Shown in pieces: positions 52,763 through 64,000 of a stretch of 64,000 nt of DNA (the stretch's first letter is position 1; each line of letters starts with the position of its first letter). Source of the stretch: Chiloscyllium plagiosum (Eukaryota); assembly GCF_004010195.1 (NCBI RefSeq), contig NC_057759.1, positions 4,737,661-4,801,660 on the forward strand, given 5' to 3'. The notes under the pieces are model-generated. The model saw nothing but the letters and a program-made list of their open reading frames with translations. It was not told the origin of the DNA and searched no databases. The translations under genes and the position numbers were made by a program.

Positions 52763-54346
52763 ACTTAATTCCAGCACACCATTGAATGCATTTCTAACCA
52801 TGACCTGTGTGCAGCAAGTTGAAAGTGCAAGCTTTATTTTTGTCCTTTCAAAGCAGCAATCTTATTCATGATGCAACATCAGATATGATTCCAAAGCAAG
52901 CAAATGTTCTTCAACTCGATTTTTAAGATTCTGTCAGGCATTATTAAGTACAGCATCGAGCGAAATAGAAAATACGGAGAGACACTCATTCCAAAACCAC
53001 ATTCTCAGGAAATCGGGTTCAATCTTGAGTTAAAAAGTGAAAAAATCTCTTGTCCCACGGAGTAGCTATAAACCCCACAGTGGGTAATCTTCATAAAGCA
53101 ATTGATAAACTCCAACGCTTGCAATGGGCAGGGCAAATGCTATTGATGGAATAGCTAAACACATCAAACAAACAAAATGCCTTTCCTGCACTCAAAGAAA
53201 GTCTTTATGAAGGTTCCAAAACGTTACTATCGCAAACAGACAGATGCTATTGTCAGGACACTGAATGTTTCTATCCCGCCATCTATCAGAATTAATAATG
53301 CATCTGGAAATTATTGGCAGCTTTTTATGTACAAAGTCTTCCGAATCAGCGGCAAATTGATTCTGGAAACAGCACATCAATTGCAAAAGATTTCTTATTA
53401 AGACTCCGATAAGACGCGTGTGAAACAATAACTTGACTAAAAATGAAAGAAAAACTGCAAGTGTATCCAAATTGTAGTCTCAGGGAACTATTTGATGTTA
53501 ATGAGCGCTGGACAACATACACAAAACATGTTGCTCCTTGTCCGTCACGATACACCACATATCTGGTTAAGACAATGTCACCAATTCAGAGTTCCAGTAG
53601 TGTGCTAATTCATTCTCGATGTAATTAGTCTAATCCACGAAGTATTTCTGCCTGAGGTCTATGCCCCAGATAAATATTTGCAGTGCATGCAATCAATTTC
53701 TAACTGGTGAACTGGAAATTGTTTCGAGACCTTTTGAGCAACATTTTTTCTTCTTCTTTTTGACAAGGGCATTTGCGATTACCATATCAAAAGATCAGAG
53801 ATGATGAATAACTTGGAGTATCACTCATTTCTGCAATTATGGAGAAATAGCTGTTTGGAGCAGCATAAGAGGGTGCAGAAATGTCTAACTTAAACACCAA
53901 GATGATACTGCACCGTGACGCCAGAGTCTTTAAAATGACTTGGTGAAAGTGAACACAGAGTTGAAAAGCGTAAATCTTGGCATTTCCGGACAGAAAGCCG
54001 TCATTGAAGTATTATATCTTCAAACATATTTCTCACTGATGTGTTCAGTTATAATATCGCACTTCAGGATCTGATGGGACCGGCACCCAGGCTGTCCTGG
54101 TACTGCGATAAAGACACTGCCAGTGCACCACAAGGACCTACAGCATTTGACTTTAAGACTGTGCATGCTTACTGATTTATCCTTAATATGACACTGCCAG
54201 TTCTTAATTATCCAGCTTATGATGTCCGTGCCAGACATTTTATGCATTTGTTTGTTTTCAAATATTCTATTTCCTCGTTTGGGAGAAGATTTGTAGCTCG
54301 GGTGCTCGATGTTGTTGTTCTGTTCGCCGAGCTGGGAATTTGTGTT

Positions 54347-54386
54347 GCAGACGTTTCGTCCCCTGTCTAGGTGACATCCTCAGTGC
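54347..54386 (-). ncRNA. Minimal hammerhead ribozyme motif
   Basis: Minus strand GCA-CUGAGGA-U-GUCACCU-AGAC-AGGGGAC-GAAAC-GUC-UGC. Confidence 0.75.
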
Positions 54387-54528
54387 TTGGGAGCCTCTTG
54401 TGAAGCGCTTCTGTGGTATTTCCTCCGGCATTTATAGTAATTTATAGTGATATATTTATAGTGATATATACAAATCACTATAAATGCCGGAGGAAATATC
54501 ACTGAAGCGCTTCACAAGAGGCTCGCAA

Positions 54529-54568
54529 GCACTGAAGATGTCACCTAGACAGGGGACGAAACGTCTGC
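54529..54568 (+). ncRNA. Minimal hammerhead ribozyme motif
   Basis: GCA-CUGAAGA-U-GUCACCU-AGAC-AGGGGAC-GAAAC-GUC-UGC. Confidence 0.75.
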
Positions 54569-56834
54569 AACACAAATTCCCAGCTCGGCGAACAGAACCA
54601 TAACAATATCCTATTTTCTGTTCCCGTATCTTCTAGTTAACTTTTGTATTTTCTTCTTTTCATCGCTGTTTAGCCTCATTTACTTGACTGCTGATACATT
54701 CAATAATACAACTTACATTTTAGCGTTCCTGTCGTTTTATAATACTATCTATTCGCATGATAGAGAATAGATAGTATTACAAACAATTTAGAAGAGAATT
54801 TAGAATAACTTATTTGAAAACCCAACCGACTGTTTTGCAACTGATAAAACTTTTGCAATCTCTGCAACATCGTGTAAACACCTCCCAGGCATAATGTAAA
54901 TTCAAACACTCGAAGTAATTGAACTTGGAGAAGTGGCCACTTCCCTGCCATTATTCAAAGTAACGATTCCCAGATAAATCTGCAAGAACAACATAGCCTT
55001 TCTTTAAAGAGGCAGCATCTTCACGATCACTCACTCGCAGGCAAATAAACACACCCGTATCAGAGCTCAAAACGCACAAATGTAACATGATCTTTGAGAT
55101 CACATTTCTATATGTTACCCAAAACAATTCACTCTTCCTCCACCCTCAAATATATTTAGTCCTGACACTAAAATATTTTCTCTGATGAGTACAGTAAACT
55201 GATGGTTTTTTTCACCACACATTTCCGAACATGGAAGGCTTATGTCGCTCTGAGCATTAATTGAGACTTTCTCGCAACTTATAAGAAACTGTTACAGTAT
55301 TGTGACGGGATTAGTTTCCACCATGCCTATTTGTCCTTGGTGTTCAGCTGCATGAATCAGTCAGTTTGCAGGGTTGACTGCTGAATAAGTTTTCTTGATT
55401 TTCTTCAGTGTTCTTACTTCTCTTTTCAAGCCAGAACTACTTTATTGTATTCTATTCCTTTTCTCCACTTCCATATGCTTCGTCCCAGCCACTTCTACAA
55501 TCTATAAACAATCCCCAGGTGCAGCAGTGAACATCCCCACAAGTCCTCCGGAGATGCAATGCATTCCTTTGAAAAGGTTGTGCCTGACCATGAATTGACA
55601 GCAATACCACAACATTATAACCATACAGTTCTCAGCAAGTCTTAAACCAACAATGAACCTCCCTATCATTCTATTCTCACTTAAATGTGCCAACAGGAAC
55701 AAGGTACAGATTCTGTGTCCTATATTGTAATTTCCTCACTTAGCAGGTCTTCTTATAACACTGCAATCTCTCGGGATGGTGTACACAATAAATTCAGAGA
55801 CGTATCTGTCAGCGATTTGTTAACATTAATTTACTCCATAGTTAGATTTTAATTTCATATCTATATCCACTGAAACATTTTTTTCAGTGGACGTTTGATT
55901 AATTTTGTTGTACATAAGGCGTTTTAAACGCACTTGAAGGAGTCGATAGGGCAGAGAGAGAGCAAGCACTGAGATTTTCCGACATTACCTAATTCACAAC
56001 AGGATGGGTCAATTTCCTTCTATTCTGGTTTATCGTTTTTTCTCCCAATGTCAGCTTCACAGACCCGAACGGAAGTAGTTGAAAACATAACGGCAATTTA
56101 CTCCTGTATTACATCGCAGTTGGAAACTGAATTTGATTGTTGCCATAGGGTCCTATAGCACGGAGACAAGCCTGTTGGCCCAAACTGGTCCATGCCGTCC
56201 ACAATCTCTGCCCACACTAACCCCATTTCCCAGCACTTGACGCATATCCTTCTGTTGCTTTCCTATCCCCTCTTGTGTTTACGATGTTCCATCTGTCTGA
56301 AACGGTAAATCATATACGTAAAACAAACTTCTGAGAGAAACATAATGTGAAGTAGAACCAAAAGTTTCAATAATCAGGTCGAGAAACTGGGGACAACATG
56401 TGTGTGGCTGTGTGTGTGAGAGAGAGAGAGACAGGGAGCGAGGGAGAGAGTTAATCAAACAGTGAAAAGTAGAGAATGGGAATGAGACAGTGTGACATTG
56501 GCCATAGCATAAACCATAGCATGAATGCATTGAGTAACAGGAGGTGGCGCAATATCTGTGATGGTCAGAGTGAATTTCGAAATACAAGATTGACATTTTT
56601 TTTAAATTGCTTATGAGTTTGAAGCAATATTGAATTCCAATGGCAGAATATTTTTTAGAAACAAATCAAACATGATACAAATGAACCGCAAAGCAGACCG
56701 GGTGGGCTTAATGGCACTGACATTTGTTATCTGATACTACATTTCAATGGATATCCAAAAACTCATGACCCTAACGTAACAGGTCCCCACTAAAAGTAAA
56801 TCGGACCACTGAGCTGATGCATGAGCAAGTTCTA

Positions 56835-57741
56835 TTAAGAAGGGAATACCTTCAGTTTTTTGCTGAAGTTTAACATCAGGCTCTTTAGATATTTGAGGGC
56901 ACTCTTCAAGTCTGCCCTGAATTTACTCTGAGTTCCAGCATAAAAAGTGGGTTGGTACAAGAACTCAAAAGCTGAAACATGATTCCGATTTCTTCCAGAA
57001 TAAAGTTTAATTTGTTGGAATTGTTTCCGGAATAATAACTGACTCTCGCAATCCTGACGTACGGGAAAGTTATGAGAACCCAAATCCATGGGAGTATGAA
57101 GTTCCCTGAGATGGCGAAGAGTAAAACAATAGACTTTCTGCGGTTCTCCATCTCAGGGTCACATTTACCTCCATTGCTCTGGATCGGTAGTCTCCTACGA
57201 ACTTTACTGACCACTTGAATGTGTCTGACAGTCCGAGCATTGAGCAACAGAATCAGCGTGAATGCGAGGCAAGGTGTTAAAATATGAAGAATCAGGTCGT
57301 ATGCTACCCAAGCTGATGACGTATAAAATATGATTTTAATGCAGCAAATCCAGGGTGTATTGTTAATTATGTACAAAGGTTCATATATGATATACAGGAA
57401 AGAACATATAAAACAGCACACTATGAAAACCACTCCAATTATATATGCCGCAGTTTTCTTTCATCTTCTGGCAACAAATAGCTATAAGTCGATCAAAAGT
57501 GAAAGCCATTGTTAGCCAGGTGGAGCTGCCTAGTGCGACAATGTTTAACATAGCACTGAAACCGCATAACGGTGTAATAGAAAGGAAACTGACTGGGAAG
57601 TAAATACTACAAATCCTGTTTAATATCACGGCGGCAAAAATGACAAGAAGATCGGATACTGCCAACGACATCAGGTACCGAGTGACACATCTCGAGAGGG
57701 CTCATCTTCCTTGGATAGAACCACAATGGCCGCCGTATTAG
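56835..57741 (-). pseudogene. GPR139-like GPCR pseudogene, exon 2
   Basis: Acceptor TTACAG then (A)NTAAIVVLS; pieces in different frames: YLMSLAVSDLLVI..TMAFTFDRLIAICC, LTPCLAFTLILLLN..DPEMENRRKSIVLLFAIS..LLSSCTNP, FYAGTQSKFR; at least 3 frameshifts. Confidence 0.9.
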
Positions 57742-58199
57742 CTGTAACATACACACACAGAGTGAAAAGGGTGAGCATACAGAAAAAGAGGGAAAGTGTA
57801 CCCCCTTGCTTTGTTAGGGATTGGTGTGATGGAGATGGGAGGTCAGGAGGACGACTGTTTGGGATAGCAAATAGAAATCTACCTATTCAAAAGACAATCA
57901 GATTTTATGTAGTTTTCTTAAGATCAATCTCCAATACACATTCGAATACCATCACTTTACTAGCCTATGCGGTTTCTTTGCTGACTCTATGCCTGTTGAT
58001 TAATCCTTGACATGCCGATCTGAATTAGTGACATGAAACTTAATAAGAATGATGAATATGCCATATATTTGTCGAAATTAAACAAAAAATAAACGAGACT
58101 GAAACACCCTGCTCCTAGTCCAGAAGGCAAACTTTTTCACTTACGAACATGTGGCAATGAACCCGTTCAAAAATGCATTCAGAGATTTGTTTTAAAAAA

Positions 58200-58362
58200 T
58201 CTGAAGATTTTGGAATGCAGGAGGCTGGAAGAACACTGCAGGCTAGGCTGGAAGAACACTGCAGGCCAGGCAGCATCCGGCGGTGTAGAAGTCGGCGTTC
58301 GGTTGAAACCCTTCTTCAGAACCATTCCGAAGAAGGATTATACCCGAAACGTTAACTTCTCC
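58200..58362. mobile_element. Penelope pLTR-derived partial hairpin in the GPCR pseudogene intron
   Basis: CCCTTCTTCAGAA..TTCCGAAGAAGG..CCCGAAACGTT; same family as 63775-63940; contains a 23-bp tandem duplication. Confidence 0.6.
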
Positions 58363-58480
58363 CCCCGAAAATGTATTCAAGCAGACAAAGACGAACGGGT
58401 CGTTAGCTTTATGTGAAATGTGGCTGTTACGATTGTTACGTCTCCATGATTATTCCTGGAGCACAGTTGGGAAGTCACGT

Positions 58481-58700
58481 ACTACATAGAACATACAAAA
58501 ATACAGCGCAGTAGAGGCCCTTTGGCCCCCATACCTGGAAAAAGATTCTCACTGTCGGCCCTATCTAAACCCCTAATCATCTTGTACACCTCTATCAAGT
58601 CACCCCTAAACCTTCTTTTCTCCAATGAAAACAACCCCAAGTGCCTCAGCCTTTCCTCATACGATCTCCCTACTATACCAGGCAACATCCTGGTAAAACC
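58481..58700 (-). mobile_element. CR1 3' fragment
   Basis: FTRMLPG..SYEERLRHLGLFSLEKRRFRGDLIEVYKMIRG. Confidence 0.85.
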
Positions 58701-59359
58701 AGGATGAACCTGCAGAGTTGAACCACAGGATGGGGCAGAATTTGAGGTCTGAATCGTAGAGGATAATTTCCTCATCTACTGACGAGAAGCAGAAACACTG
58801 CCGCTAAGCAGGATAATGTCGCTTTTAGGATTATACTTTAAATTTCATGGAACAACATATGAATTCAATAATTTCAAATAGGGAGCTACTTTCAAAACAT
58901 CCATTGACGCGTAATTAACAGTGCATCTTCACTTTCACGTTGATACCGAGTGACAAATTCCTCATTCTAAATGGGCAATAAACAATAAAACAATAAAAAA
59001 AATGCTGATATAAGCAATTGTGCAATTTGTGGAATGCAATGCGATTAGACAAGAGCAGATAATACCATTAATGTAAACAACTTAGTTATGTGAAGAAACC
59101 GTGTACAGAAGAGTTGACGTCATGCTGGTAAAGGGCGAACATGTAACACTAAGAAGAAAAAATTTAAACTGGAAACCTGTACATTTAAAGCAGTAAAAAC
59201 TGATACAGTAAAAGTAGGAAGTATGTCAACTTAAAGACAAGTACGTGATTGCTTTTCTTTTAAAAGATAAGCTGTCGCTATAAAATGAAACGAAGATATG
59301 CAGCAGTGAGTCAGTAAAACTGTGATTACCTCAAACAGTGGCTAACTGCTTTGATTTAC

Positions 59360-59427
59360 CTCGAACACCAATCGCTGCAAGGATAGGAGTAAATAGCAGA
59401 CATAAGGCTCTTTGGTTATCCGTGCAT
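59360..59427 (-). pseudogene. GPR139-like GPCR pseudogene, exon 1
   Basis: ATG CAC GGA TAA ... ATT TAC T CCT ATC CTT GCA GCG ATT GGT GTT CGA G|GTAAAT, i.e. MHG*...IY-PILAAIGVR with a phase-1 donor; one stop and one frameshift. Confidence 0.8.
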
Positions 59428-61001
59428 TTCTTCAGAAATGTGAACTCTGCAGTTCATGGAAATATATACTTAATGTCAATTTTTTTTAACATGAATGATT
59501 CTAATTGAATCAAACATATTTATAAAGTTGCTGACAATTTAATTTTATTATTTTGAAAAGTTATATTTGACTTTTAAAAAGTCGCACATACATTCACGAT
59601 GGAGGCCCATAGACCATTCCATGACATCAGATATGCTTCATTATTATTTATAAAAAAAAATAAGAAGTAGCCCCATTGGTTCAACGAGCATTTGTTCAAT
59701 AGAAAATTATTGACATAAGGGCCTTCCTGCCGAGTTAGGTGGTTTGAGCATAATCCATTACTGATCAATGAAAGGCGGTCTGTGTTGACATCCCGAAACA
59801 CTGCATGTGCACTCATTCAAGGATGTCCATGAACAGAGCTCCATTCCCGCTATGTGACGTGAAATTTCGATGAAGACACACAGAAGTGGCACTACACAGC
59901 TGCCAAGAAGTTATTATGTCACTGAGCAATTAATGCAAAACCTTGACTTGATGATACTGTACTGGTATGTGGCTAAATGCCATCATGAAAAGTAGTGAAA
60001 TTTGAATTCAATAAAAATCCAAAGTCGAAAGCCAGCAGAATGTTGTATTTTTAAACTAAATATGATTCTCTCATGTATTTCCGGGATTTCTTTTTGTTGT
60101 TCTTGCCATTGATTTTTACATGCAAGAAGGTACAATCGAGTTTTGCAATCGTAACTCCACTGCTTTGTCGACCATCTAGATGAAATGTTGATTCATGACC
60201 TATACTTCTTCTTCACTTCCAAGGAAAAGTCCGTTTGGTACAATGTTGATACTGATCCTCAATAAGCAGGATAAAATCAGAATATCCAATCAACAACATG
60301 GATTTTGTCTTCTTTGTCTGCAAACTCATTGTCACGGTTTCCAGCATTATAACAACGATATAATTTCAAAACTGACTCATTAATAGCAAAGATGCATGTA
60401 GCACCTCTCGCTGTGAAAAGTGCAATGTCCTCGCGGCAACTTCTCATTCTTTCTTCCTCGATTATCATTGCCTATAAAGTAATAGTGTCACACCAGTTTA
60501 TCAGCGAATGGTACATCCTTCCCTGCCACAGTCTCCAATAATATTCAAATCATTTATTCCACAAATGCTGATCTAATAACTACACTATTCTTTCAAACAA
60601 ATGTTGGAAAGCAAATACTTGCATAACATTGCACTGCGTTAATTTCTTGTACTTCAGACAAAACAATTTGTTGAATTCGCAGAAAAGAATATTGGGCGTT
60701 GAGTTTAATTGCTTTCAAGGAAACACCTTTTGGGAGACAACAAGAAAATCCGGAATCTGCTTGCTACCGTCAGTACGTTTTGGCCCTGACAGTAAGAGCG
60801 AATTCAGATTATTAAACAATTTGTTTTCTTGGTTCACTTATTGTTTGTTGTTTTCCTTCCCCATTGTTTCGTGAAATTATAGGTTCTCAGTTTAATTACT
60901 GATCAAGACGTCACAGGACACTGTTGTAAATTGTTGTTCAGAAATACTCAGTTGGAATAGAAACCTGTTCAGAAAAAGACATGAGCCATTTCACTCACTC
61001 A

Positions 61002-61595
61002 TGTCATGGATCAGGCCAGAACATGTCAAAACATTTCAAGAAGGCAGCTTAGGCCCTAACTTTGCTCGTCGTTTTAAGCAGGTGTAGAGTAGATGTTCGA
61101 GGAGTGATGCAGCTGGCCAAACCACAGAGTAAGTGAATCAGAATTTATTTGCACATTTACCGAAAGACACAGACTAACTAAATTATTTAAAAACTCAACA
61201 GACCACCAATTTATTGATGTTGTTCCAAATTCCTGCAACAATCCCCATAAGCACCCCTTGGCAAGAAAGGTTAAACCAAACACAGGGTATTACAGGAGAG
61301 TGAGATGTCAGAGCGGTTCAGCATGGAACACCTTCTTCCGTGTAGCAGTTTCTTTTGGATTCAAAGCTAACAAGTGACCAACAGTTCTGAACACTCAGAT
61401 TGCTAAAGAAAAATCAAAGCAATCCAAACCAGGGAAAAGCTGAGCTTGGAGAACTGACGACTCAACATTCATTGTTTGTTTTAAAACTGAAAGGCTTCTT
61501 CAACTAGATATCACCGGGCATTTCAGAATCTATGCGTTTACGATCCCTCTAAAAAAAAGACAACGTAAAATTGTTAACATAGCAGCATGGCCACA
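61002..61595 (-). mobile_element. Probable solo LTR
   Basis: TG...CA termini, flanks CTCA/CTGA (3 of 4 TSD match), ends similar to 40816-41453 in reverse. Confidence 0.55.
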
Positions 61596-62369
61596 CTGAG
61601 AACATAGAGCATTGAACTTGACCGATAAAAGAGTAATTGCTCCAATTAGTCATCAAAGCAGAGTAACTTTAGTTTTGAAAACAAAAACAGCTTCCCAGAA
61701 AAAGACCACGTTCGAAACATTTCATAAAATGAAGTGTAGGAAGAAAGGTACAAAAGTGTAAAATAATGGATTATGGCTGATGCCTGTTCCCATTAAAGAA
61801 TTCCTCTATGTTACACAAAATGTTATGTATGCTCCCGGTTTGATAGGATGGTCCACATGATTGAATATTATCACACAGTTTCCAGGGGAAATAAAAGTTC
61901 AACTGGCACGAGGAAATGGACATGACGCATCAAGATAGAGGAAAAGGTGTGAAGTCCGCATGAAAAACAAATAACGATCAGTTGTTATTTTATTTGACAT
62001 GAAGAGGTGGCCTGTTGTCATTTTACTGAACTCGTTATAAAGTATTCCCGGCTACAAATGTAAAGGCAAACGTTTAAAACGTTACATAGTAGCCATGGGG
62101 GCTTACATTCAAGTAAAAAGATTTGTTGTTCCCCTCTGAAACACGAAAAAAAGCTATCACCAATTACTATGAACCACAATTCTGGCTCATGAATGTTCTA
62201 TCATCAAGGCCAGCTGCCATCCTTACACCTTCTGTTTTCAGCATCAGTACGACTGGATGAGAAAGTCTAACGTTGCAGCGCACTGAGTGTGGAGCCTGAA
62301 ACATTCATATGGCCTAGAAACATGAATTCACGGCGGGCAGGGCCTGCACACGCAGCTGCAGCTACTGCC

Positions 62370-63125
62370 ATGGAGAAACCCGAGGAATGCCACCACGTGG
62401 ACTAACCGTGGAAGTGGGGCAACGTGCGTGCCACGTTTGCCTTGGAGACTTATGGGTGCAATCACACTGGGGAGAGACTGTTCTCCTGCACCGAGTGTGG
62501 GAAGAGCTTTCCCAAGCCTCCCACCCGGTTTCCCACTGGCAGGTCCACACCAAGGACTGGCGGTCCACGTGCCCCGTGTGCAGGAAGGGTTTTACCCAAG
62601 CCTCCTGCCTGCTGTCCCACCAGCAGGTCCACACTGGGATTGGCGGTCAACCTGTCCCATGTGCAGGAAGGGCTTTACCCAATCTTCCCACTGGCGGGTC
62701 CACACTTGTGACTGGCCGTTCACCCACTCTATTTGCGGCAATAGTCTGAACCACTCCTCCCACCTGATGGCCCACTAGTGGGTCCACAAGGGAAATCCAT
62801 TTCTCCTGCTCCAGATGCAGGAACGGCTTCACTCAGGCCTTACACCTCCAGATGCGCTGGTGTGTGCAGAAGGGGGAGAGTCTGTTCTTGTGCCCCAAGC
62901 GCGGGACGGGCTTCACTCTCTCTTTCCACTTGCTGATCCACCGGTGACTCCACATTGGGGAGAGGTCCTTCAGCTATCCCGAGTATGGGGAGGGTTGACC
63001 CACTCCTATCACCTGATGATTCATTGGCGGGTCCATGTTGGTAAGAGGTTGTTCACCTGCCTCGAGTACGGGCACATGTTAACGTTGCCCTGCAACGTCC
63101 GGAGGCACCCACAGCGGCAACCAGT
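62370..63125 (+). pseudogene. Intronless C2H2 zinc-finger pseudogene
   Basis: MEKPEECHHVD*PWK, HTGERLFSCTECGKSF, CPVCRKGFTQASCLLSHQQVHTG, HWRVHVGKRLFTC spread over several frames with stops. Confidence 0.85.
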
Positions 63126-63264
63126 GATCCCAACAATCAGACTCCACCGGTGTCGCTGCTGTGGGTCTCTCCCAGGATTGAAACTTCTGCCCATTCTGAC
63201 AGTGGGTGCAGTCAGAGAGTTGATGGGCATCTTGTTTTGTTTTCTGTAGGAAGCCACGGTGCTC

Positions 63265-63625
63265 AGGGGTGGCACAGTGACTCAGCGGCTGGCACTGCTG
63301 TCTCACAGCTTCAGGGACACAGCTCGATTCCACCTTTGGACTGAATGTCTGTGTGGAGTTTGCATGTTCTCCCTCTATTGTTTGCGTGGCTTTCCTTTGA
63401 GTGCACTGGTTTCCTCCCACAGTCCAAAGATGTTTAGGTTAGGGTGAACTGGCGAAGCTAAATTGCCCGCATTGTTCAGGGATGTGCATGTGTGATGCAT
63501 CATTTATGGATAAAGGTAGGCTAATAGGGTAGGAGAACGTGTCTGGGTGGGTTAATGTTCGGAGGGGCAGTGTGGACTTGTTGGGCCGAAGGGCCTGTTT
63601 GCACATTGTCTGGATTCTATTGTTC
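63265..63625 (+). mobile_element. Older tRNA-derived SINE
   Basis: Shares CTCCCACAGTCCAAAGATGT core and GTGGACTTGTTGGGCCGAAGGGCCTGTTT 3' part with the other copies. Confidence 0.8.
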
Positions 63626-63774
63626 TATGCACTTTGCTTTCAGTTGGCGCTGCTGCTCGTTGCCCCCAGGCTGCACGTCCCCACTGAAACGATCTGCAGA
63701 AACTTGAGACCACAAGACCAGCAGAGCAGAAGTTAGGACATTCGGCCAATCGAGTGTGCTCTGCCAGTCGTTGG

Positions 63775-63940
63775 AGACAAAAAGAAAGCTGCAGATGTTG
63801 GAATCCAAAGTAGGCAGGTAGGAGGCTGGGAGAACACAGCAAGCCAGGCAGCACCAGCTGGTGGAGAAGTCAGAGTTTCCTGTATTGACCCTTTTTCAGG
63901 ACTGAAGAAGTGTTCCACTCGAAACGTTGACTTCTCTATC
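63775..63940. mobile_element. Penelope pLTR-derived partial hairpin with hammerhead-like core
   Basis: CTGAAGA-AGTG-TTC-CACT-C-GAAAC-GTT at 63902-63928. Confidence 0.6.
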
Positions 63941-64000
63941 AACGAAGATTTTCCACGATGTTGCTGGGGATTGGAGGGTTTGAGCTAAAGGGAGATGTTG

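Larger units (their letters stand above)
54276..54604. mobile_element. Palindromic Penelope family C hairpin with TSD
   Basis: Near-perfect inverted arms ~54310-54440 and ~54473-54604; flanks AATATTCTATTTCCT (54261-54275) and AATATCCTATTTTCT (54605-54619); left tail matches the reverse complement of ~20594-20626. Confidence 0.9.

Noticed and set aside
52800..54260. Short ORFs in the non-repetitive intergenic stretch (also 59500-60900)
   Set aside because: No protein family signature; lengths are consistent with chance

Overview
Repeat-rich vertebrate genomic DNA. The repeat families and gene types point to a cartilaginous fish (shark); this is inferred, not proven. There are two assembly gaps (22957-23456 and 47619-48097). 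Host genes are: an intact ~0.9-kb coding exon of a GPR139/GPR142-like orphan class A GPCR (+, 45837-46744) whose only visible first exon (~25040-25214) is decayed; a convergent two-exon GPCR pseudogene of the same family (-, 56835-59427); and a C2H2 zinc-finger pseudogene (62370-~63125). The rest is mostly CR1-type LINEs, tRNA-derived SINEs, a Gypsy pol remnant, solo LTRs and an endogenous retrovirus remnant (gamma-type env, PPT, 3' LTR). The most striking hidden signal comes from at least three Penelope-like element families. They carry minimal hammerhead ribozyme cores and are repeatedly inserted as TSD-flanked inverted-repeat hairpins with one ribozyme motif on each strand and a one-sided 28-38 nt tail. 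An old duplicated block (~13.2-14.4 kb vs ~41.5-42.9 kb) suggests a tandem GPCR array. Boundaries of decayed repeats are approximate, and all alignments were done by eye.
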